Below are positions 1 to 6,515 of a stretch of 17,920 bases of DNA, one piece after another (within the stretch, counting starts at the first letter, position 1; every line of letters starts with the position of its first letter). Below the pieces are notes generated by a model. The model had not been told where the DNA came from. It ran no database searches and saw nothing but the letters and a program-made list of their open reading frames with translations. The stretch lies in assembly GCA_964014485.1 (NCBI GenBank), contig CAXHAT010000161.1, positions 1 through 17,920 on the forward strand, in the 5' to 3' direction. Position numbers and translations under genes: made by a program. The stretch comes from an uncultured Deferribacteres bacterium. GTDB taxonomy: Bacteria; Zhuqueibacterota; Zhuqueibacteria; Zhuqueibacterales; Geothermadaptataceae.

Positions 1-335
1 TGGCCTTTTTAAACTGTTGTTTTTATAAGCGTTTAAGCGGCGAAAAATTTTTGGTAAAATTTCCGTTGTGTAACTGCATGATTTCTTTATCTTTAAGCCA
101 TGTCAATTCCGACAGCGATTTCTGCTAGTTTTTTAGCAGGCGATTTTCCGGGCTTAAGCTTTTGAAAAAATGAGACTTAAGGTAAAAAGTGCTGTCTGTT
201 CCTTGAAAATAAAGAACTTAGCCCATGAAAATTGGAAAAGTATGTGTTAATTTTTTAGCAGAAAACGGAGTTGTCGAAAACGGCCATTTTGGGCCTTTAA
301 AAAACAAGCGTTTACGCTGTACGCTGGCGTACAGA
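1..335 (+). promoter_or_regulatory. CRISPR leader (probably truncated by the window edge)
   Basis: AT-rich, apparently non-coding stretch directly abutting the first perfect repeat. It contains several IHF-like motifs (WATCAA-N4-TTR-like). The degenerate repeats lie at the opposite end of the array. Confidence 0.85.
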
Positions 336-1298
336 GTGGAAGCCTACCGAAGATCACGAGGTGAATTGATACAATTGCCGGTGAGCTTCACCGAGCTTTC
401 GGCGCGTGGAAGCCTACCGAAGATCACGAGGTGAATTGATACTTGCGTTTTGCTTTGCAGCGTCAGAGTTATTGTGTGGAAGCCTACCGAAGATCACGAG
501 GTGAATTGATACATGTGTACACAGTCAGCCGACTTGATCTTGCGTCGTGGAAGCCTACCGAAGATCACGAGGTGAATTGATACATCCGCCGCTTATGCTC
601 GTGAAAGCCAGTCCCATCGTGGAAGCCTACCGAAGATCACGAGGTGAATTGATACGCAGAATTTTTGACCAGCAGAGCTGTAGGATCTTGTGGAAGCCTA
701 CCGAAGATCACGAGGTGAATTGATACTTTCTATTGGTCGTGCAGAGTTCGCACGCCAACCGTGGAAGCCTACCGAAGATCACGAGGTGAATTGATACTTT
801 TTAAACCACTGAGTGAGTGACCCGGTGCCGGGGTGGAAGCCTACCGAAGATCACGAGGTGAATTGATACACACATCCTTGTGCGGATCGAACAGCTTCCT
901 GCGTGGAAGCCTACCGAAGATCACGAGGTGAATTGATACTTTTTGTCTCGTGAGACGTGAGACATGGGTTTGGTGTGGAAGCCTACCGAAGATCACGAGG
1001 TGAATTGATACCCACCGACTCCTCATTAGCAGCAACATCCGCCACGGTGGAAGCCTACCGAAGATCACGAGGTGAATTGATACTTCATTGCTTGTGAGGG
1101 CGGTTACCGTGACGTGTGTGGAAGCCTACCGAAGATCACGAGGTGAATTGATACGTCCACACATCTTCGAACAGGATTGAGTCACCAGGTGGAAGCCTAC
1201 CGAAGATCACGAGGTGAATTGATACGATCGTTTGTGTTTCATACTTAACTTCGGCTGCAGGGTGGAAGCCTACCGAAGATCACGAGGTGAATTGATAC
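336..1298 (+). CRISPR. CRISPR array, 14 identical 37-bp repeats and 13 unique spacers of 33-36 bp
   Basis: Repeat GTGGAAGCCTACCGAAGATCACGAGGTGAATTGATAC starts at 336, 406, 476, 547, 619, 690, 761, 833, 903, 975, 1047, 1118, 1189 and 1262. The 3' end ATTGATAC resembles the ATTGAAAC-type 8-nt handle of Cas6-processed class 1 arrays. The leader on the left gives + orientation. Confidence 0.99.
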
Positions 1299-1590
1299 TT
1301 GGGCGGAAGATGGGGAACGGAGACCGGAGGACGTTTTGAACTTGCCGAAGATTTTACGCGCAGCTTGAATTCCGTCTTCCATTCTCCGTTTTCCCTTCCT
1401 CCACAATGCGTGAACCTGCCGAAGATCACGAGGTGAATTGAGCCTTTGACGGAAGATGGATGAGCGGAGATCGGAGGACGTTTTGAACTTGCCGAAGATT
1501 TTACACGCAGCTTGAATACCGTCTTCCATTCTCCGCTTTCCTTCCTCCACAATGCCTGAGCCTGCCAAATTTCATGAGGCGAATTTAAAC
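1299..1590 (+). repeat. Array trailer: two diverged 146-bp units, each a 109-nt hairpin plus a degenerate CRISPR repeat
   Basis: Units are 1299-1444 and 1445-1590. Degenerate 37-bp repeats lie at 1408-1444 (30/37 identical to consensus) and 1554-1590 (25/37). Repeat-like cores at 1333-1372 and 1480-1519 contain TGCCGAAGAT. The arms flanking each core are reverse-complementary. Confidence 0.9.
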
Positions 1591-1995
1591 TTTCCATATG
1601 GGGGCACTTCTGCGGATTAGAGTACGTCGAATCCTTCCCGTCTCGATTTTCTGCGATTCTTCCCCCCAACGACATTTTCTTGTTCGTCCGCTCGACTTTT
1701 TCCGAATGAACAATTGAGCGAATTGGGTTGAATCGATTTGAATGAGGAGAAAAACTTATCAATTTTGTTCACTATTCGACACTTTTTGTATGGGCTTATA
1801 AAACTGGCGAAAGAGGCCGGAATTGTCATGCTGGTAGCATCTTTTTTGATCCAATCCTTGAGCTTTTTAGCATGATTTGTACTGGACGCTAACAAGGATT
1901 CCTTCAGAATGACATTTACAAAAAAGTGTCAGGTAGAGAGTCAATTTTGAACTGTCGATTCAGTGTCATGTGTTGAAAGGGATGAGGAGAAGGCA

Positions 1996-3576
1996 ATGAT
2001 GAAAAGTCTGGCAATACTTGTTTTCGCAAGCTTTTTAGGAGCAGTTGTTTTGGGCTGCGGGATGGCTTCCGATACGGCTCAAAACGATGGCCCCAGGCCG
2101 ACGTTTACTTTTACGACTGACGAAGCTTTCGATCCTTCGGAAATAGCGCCCTACGACGGCGATCACGCCGAGATTTACAGTTACATAGATCGCAATCTTC
2201 AATCACACATCGAAAATTTACAGCGGTGGGTACGCCAAAAATCCATTAGTGCGCAAAACGACGGCATTCAGGAAATGGCGCGCATGGTTCGCGATGATTT
2301 GGCGGCGATAGGGTTTCAGGAAACCGAAATTGTACCGACGGACGGACATCCCGGCGTTTGGGGCTTTTACGACGCCGGTGCTGAAAAAACGCTTATGCTG
2401 TACATGATGTACGACGTGCAGCCAGTCAATCCCGAAGACTGGGAAACGCCGCCGTTCGCCGGAAATCTGGTGGAGAAAGAACTCGGAACCGTGCTCATGG
2501 CGCGCGGCGCGACCAATCAGAAAGGCCCGGAGCGCGCGCTGCTTAATGCAATTGAATCGATCATCAAAGTCACCGGCGGTTTACCGGTCAATCTTATGGT
2601 TCTGGCGGAAGGCGAAGAAGAAATCGGCTCGGTCAACTACCCGCAATTGGTCGATAAATTTGAAGATCGCCTGAAAACGGCGGACGGCGTCTTTTTTCCG
2701 TTCAATTCGCAAGATCCGTTCGGCGATATTCGCATGAGCCTTGGCGTCAAAGGCATTCTTTATTTTGAATTGAAAGCCAAGGGCGGAGAGTGGGGCGGCC
2801 CGCAGCGCAGCGAAATTCACGGTTCCTACAAGGCGCTCGTCGATTCTCCGATCTGGCGCTTTATTCAAGCCGCATCGACCATGACGACGGAAGACGGCAA
2901 CACGATTTTAATTCCCGGCTATTATGACGGCATTCGCCCGCCGACGGAAGAAGAACAGCGGCTGATCAACGGCGTTTTGAAAAACTGGGATGAAGAGAAA
3001 ATCCAAAACCTGCTCGGCGTGGAAAAATGGGCGGGCGGCGTTACCGGACGCGACGCCTTGCTGCGATATTTGTACGACGTGACCCTAAATATTGACGGCA
3101 TTTGGGGCGGCTACACCGGGGAAGGCGGAAAAACTATTTTGCCGCACATGGTCACGGCGAAGGTCGATTCGAGACTGCCAATGGGCTTGACCCCGGAAAA
3201 AACGCTGCAACTCGTACGCAATCATCTTGACGCCAACGGCTTTTCCGACCTTGAAATACGACAAATGTCCGGCTACCCTGCGTCGCAGACTTCCGTGGAA
3301 GCACCTCTGGTGCAGGCGGCGATCAGCGTGTTCAACAAGTGGCGCTCAACTTCCGAAGTTTGGCCGCGCCTGGCCGGGAGCGCGCCGTTTTATCAATTTA
3401 CCGAGCGTTTGAAATTGCCGCTGGTTTTTAACGGCCTGGGGCACGGCTCCGGCGCACATGCGCCCAACGAATACATGGTGATCAAGCCGAAGGAAGGCTC
3501 AAAAATCGCCGGATTGGCGGAAATTGAAAAAAGCTACGTTGATTTGCTCTACGCTCTTGCGAAGTCAGGAGAATAA
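1996..3576 (+). CDS. M20/M25/M40-family metallohydrolase (dipeptidase-like), predicted lipoprotein
   Basis: ATG 1996 follows the SD GAGGAG. Signal peptide ends in a lipobox-like VLG-C. Family motifs YDVQP, ARGA..KGP, EGEEEIGS and AHAPNE are present. Confidence 0.9.
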   Translation: MMKSLAILVFASFLGAVVLGCGMASDTAQNDGPRPTFTFTTDEAFDPSEIAPYDGDHAEIYSYIDRNLQSHIENLQRWVRQKSISAQNDGIQEMARMVRDDLAAIGFQETEIVPTDGHPGVWGFYDAGAEKTLMLYMMYDVQPVNPEDWETPPFAGNLVEKELGTVLMARGATNQKGPERALLNAIESIIKVTGGLPVNLMVLAEGEEEIGSVNYPQLVDKFEDRLKTADGVFFPFNSQDPFGDIRMSLGVKGILYFELKAKGGEWGGPQRSEIHGSYKALVDSPIWRFIQAASTMTTEDGNTILIPGYYDGIRPPTEEEQRLINGVLKNWDEEKIQNLLGVEKWAGGVTGRDALLRYLYDVTLNIDGIWGGYTGEGGKTILPHMVTAKVDSRLPMGLTPEKTLQLVRNHLDANGFSDLEIRQMSGYPASQTSVEAPLVQAAISVFNKWRSTSEVWPRLAGSAPFYQFTERLKLPLVFNGLGHGSGAHAPNEYMVIKPKEGSKIAGLAEIEKSYVDLLYALAKSGE

Positions 3577-3650
3577 ATTGGCAGGTGCTGTGGCGCCAGA
3601 AAAGCCGACGAATTGCAGATGCACAAAATAGCTGCAAATGGAGCGGGACG

Positions 3651-5456
3651 ATGGATGAAAAACATAGTGAATCGTTAGATGAGCGGCTCTCTCGCTTGGA
3701 GACCGCTGTAGCCGAGCTGCAAAGTGCGCTCAATCAATTACGTCAATCTCCACAACGGGAAGAGCGTCAAGAAGTCCCTTCTCCGCCCAAGACTCCTGAA
3801 CGCAAGCCTTCGGGAGCGCCGACAAGCCCTGAAAAACCGCAGGTGACGTTCCGTCCGCCGCCCAAGAAATCCTTCAATTTGCCGGAAAATATGCGCACGA
3901 GCGAATTTTGGCTCAACAAGATTGGGATCGGACTGGTGCTGTTCGGTGTTGCATTTTTGTTCAAGTATTCCGTTGAACAAGGATGGCTGACCCCGGCTGT
4001 TCGAATCGGCTTTGGCGTGGTTCTCGGGATTTGTCTGGTCGCGGCGGGGCTTCGCATTTCGGCAAAACGAAGGCATTTCAGCCAGGTACTGACCGGCGGC
4101 GGAATCGCAGCTTTTTATATCACCGGCTTTGCGGCTTTCCAGATTTTTTCTCTGGTCTCTCACCCAGTTGCGTTTTCATTTATGGCGGCGGCGACATTGC
4201 TTGCGTTCATACTTTCCCTCAGGCAAAATGGACCGGCGCTTGCACTAATCGGAGCCATAGGTGGCTTAGGCACGCCGTTTCTATTGTTTACGGGAGCCGG
4301 CAATATCCCGGGGCTTATCGGATACACATGCCTGGTGGTCGGAGGAACGAGCGCGATCTTTTTCTACCGAAGCTGGCGTTCGCTTTTATGGGTTTCCGTC
4401 GTTGGCGGATGGTGGGTTTATTTCATTGTTGTCTTCGGCGGCGGTCCTTCTTTTGGTAGTGATGAAACCGTCACAAATACGGATCGTTTGACGGTGCAGA
4501 TTGGCATTTTTTTAAACTGGCTTGCTTTTTGGGCGGCGCCGCTAATACGCGAAATCACAAGAGCCCAAAATCATAAAACCGGGCATGGAGAGACGCTTGA
4601 TTCGAGGGAGAAACCGATTTCACGCGCCCCTCTGTATCGACACCTGCACTTGCTCGCGATATCGACGCCGCTGGTTGCTTTGGGCGCGTCGATGGCGACT
4701 TGGGCGCTATCGAATCAGACCTGGGGATGGATTGTTCTGGGCTTCAGCATTTTTTACGGCTTGGTCGCCAACGGCCTCGCTCGTTTGAACGCCGTCAAGT
4801 ACCTGGGTTTTACACATGCTCTCGCTGGCGGAACGCTTTTGACATTCGCGCTCTTTTTGCTTCTGGACGGCAATTCGCTGCTTTTCGCCCTCGCAACCGA
4901 AGCGTCTGCGCTGCATCTGATAGCCCGCCGATTGTCAGACAAGCGCATTGCAGTGAGCGCACATTTTTTATCTGTACTAATCGGCCTTTGGCTTTTCCCG
5001 CGCCTGTTTTTTGAGCGAGCGGCGGAAACGGCCGTCCTGAATTTGCAGGCACAGACGGATCTTTGGGTTATCGGCATAACGTTCGCCGTTTTTGCATTCA
5101 CTAAAACGTCCACTCATAAAAAAGTGTACTTGTTGCTTACCCATGTTGCACTTCTGGGATGGCTGCTGAGAGAACTTTCTTCAATGTCGGACGGGCAGGG
5201 CTATGTGACGATTGCATGGGGAGTTTATGCCGTCGGTTTACTCGTTGTCGGACTCCGTTTGAACTTCAATCAACTGCGAACCGTTGCGATGGGAACCTTG
5301 CTTCTTGTGGTGGGCAAACTGTTCCTGGTTGACCTTGCGGAGCTTGAAACAATATGGCGCGTTCTTCTGTTTCTGGGCTTTGGGGGACTTTTCCTGGCGC
5401 TCAGTTACCACTACAGCGCGTTGTGGAAATCAGACGGCAAGCCGACTTCAGAGTAA
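3651..5456 (+). CDS. DUF2339-like multi-pass membrane protein
   Basis: Coiled-coil N-terminus (RLSRLETAVAELQ), Pro-rich linker, WLNKIGI..FLFKYS..GWLTPAVRI motif, many TM segments and C-terminal GKLFLVDLAEL..WRVLLF. ATG 3651 after GGAG is preferred over GTG 3585. Confidence 0.85.
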   Translation: MDEKHSESLDERLSRLETAVAELQSALNQLRQSPQREERQEVPSPPKTPERKPSGAPTSPEKPQVTFRPPPKKSFNLPENMRTSEFWLNKIGIGLVLFGVAFLFKYSVEQGWLTPAVRIGFGVVLGICLVAAGLRISAKRRHFSQVLTGGGIAAFYITGFAAFQIFSLVSHPVAFSFMAAATLLAFILSLRQNGPALALIGAIGGLGTPFLLFTGAGNIPGLIGYTCLVVGGTSAIFFYRSWRSLLWVSVVGGWWVYFIVVFGGGPSFGSDETVTNTDRLTVQIGIFLNWLAFWAAPLIREITRAQNHKTGHGETLDSREKPISRAPLYRHLHLLAISTPLVALGASMATWALSNQTWGWIVLGFSIFYGLVANGLARLNAVKYLGFTHALAGGTLLTFALFLLLDGNSLLFALATEASALHLIARRLSDKRIAVSAHFLSVLIGLWLFPRLFFERAAETAVLNLQAQTDLWVIGITFAVFAFTKTSTHKKVYLLLTHVALLGWLLRELSSMSDGQGYVTIAWGVYAVGLLVVGLRLNFNQLRTVAMGTLLLVVGKLFLVDLAELETIWRVLLFLGFGGLFLALSYHYSALWKSDGKPTSE

Positions 5457-5462
5457 CTCTTT

Positions 5463-6515
5463 TCAAGATTTGAGCAGATCAACAAGTTTTATTATTTCGT
5501 CTGTCGAAGATGACTGATAAATTGCCAGGACAATCGCCAAAGATTTTAGACTTTCTCTGCCTGAAACCGGCGGCTGTTCATTTTTTTGTATGGCTTTGGC
5601 AATCGCCTCGAACTGGCGAACATGAGGCGCTGCGACGAAATCTTGAAACGGCGAACCTGCTCCCGTGCTGGTTTTATCTGGGAGATCTGGAGAAGAAACT
5701 TGCTCCGCCGTCGTTTTGAATTCAAGATGGTCGCCGTTAAGAATTGCGCTGCCTTTTTCGCCGTGGATTTCCAAGCGCCGCGTCATTGGCGGCTGCACGG
5801 AAGTTGAGCCTTGAATCACGCCAATTGCATCGCTTTCAAAACGCAAAACAGCAACGGCGTTGTCCTCGCCTTCCAATCTTTCATGCGTAAAAGTCCCGAT
5901 TTGCCCAAAAACGCTTTGTACGTCGCCCATCATCCATTGTAACAGATCGATGGTGTGAATCGCCTGGTTGATCAATACCCCGCCGCCGTCAAGAGCGAGC
6001 GTGCCGCGCCAAGCGCCGCTGTCGTAATATTCCTGCGAGCGGTTCCACTTTACGTAAGCGTCACCCATAAATATCTTGCCGAGTTCTCCTGCGTCAAGGC
6101 GCTTTTTCATTTCGATAACATCAGGCAAAAAGCGATTTTGATAAATGACGGCCAGTTCCACGCCATTCACTTCGCACACATTAATGAGCGCCTTCGCGCG
6201 TTCAAGCGTCACTTCAATGGGCTTTTCAACAATGACGTGTTTTCCAGCTTTGGCGGCGGCAAGGCCGTATTCCAAATGCGCGCCGCTGGCCGTGCAGATT
6301 GCCACCGCGTGGAGATTTGCATCAGCCAGGAATTGTTCAAGATTTGAAAAGCCCGTGATGCCGTGTTTGGCTCCGAAGCGTTCCGCTTTTTCTTCTGATC
6401 GGCTGTAGACGGAGACCAATTCCAGTCCTTTGGATTGCTTGACGGCTTGTGCATGAATTTCCGAAATGTGCCCGCAGCCAACTATGCCGACGCCGAGTTT
6501 TTTCGATTCAGACAT
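5463..6515 (-). CDS. Gfo/Idh/MocA family NAD(P)-dependent oxidoreductase
   Basis: Rossmann motif GIVGCGHIS, then HVIVEKP, WRGT..DGGGVLINQAIHTID and EDNAVA. Confidence 0.93.
   Translation of the reverse strand: MSESKKLGVGIVGCGHISEIHAQAVKQSKGLELVSVYSRSEEKAERFGAKHGITGFSNLEQFLADANLHAVAICTASGAHLEYGLAAAKAGKHVIVEKPIEVTLERAKALINVCEVNGVELAVIYQNRFLPDVIEMKKRLDAGELGKIFMGDAYVKWNRSQEYYDSGAWRGTLALDGGGVLINQAIHTIDLLQWMMGDVQSVFGQIGTFTHERLEGEDNAVAVLRFESDAIGVIQGSTSVQPPMTRRLEIHGEKGSAILNGDHLEFKTTAEQVSSPDLPDKTSTGAGSPFQDFVAAPHVRQFEAIAKAIQKNEQPPVSGRESLKSLAIVLAIYQSSSTDEIIKLVDLLKS

Noticed and set aside
261..270. Leader GAAAACGGAG complementary to trailer arm B (CTCCGTTTTC), suggesting autoregulation
   Set aside because: 10 nt with poor extension, and not preserved in arm B'.
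1591..1610. Intrinsic terminator after the array
   Set aside because: Only a short CCATATGG palindrome with no U-tract. The trailer hairpins also lack a following U-tract.
225..1762. ORFs 225-434(+), 841-1068(-), 1245-1568(-) and 1280-1762(-)
   Set aside because: They run through the leader, repeats or trailer, and their peptides just translate the repeat (VSIHLVIFGRLP). No family motifs.
1617..1895. 92-aa minus-strand ORF as a Cas2 or toxin candidate
   Set aside because: No Cas2 N-terminal YD motif, no TM segment and no recognisable family. It cannot be excluded as an orphan but is unsupported.
1969..1995. Gapped complementarity between arm B and the M20 gene RBS region
   Set aside because: Needs two gaps and several mismatches. 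Expected between a pyrimidine-rich arm and a purine-rich RBS.
3295..3302. GTGGAAGC matching the repeat 5' end inside the M20 gene
   Set aside because: An 8-nt chance match in coding sequence. No anti-repeat or tracrRNA-like segment was seen in the window.
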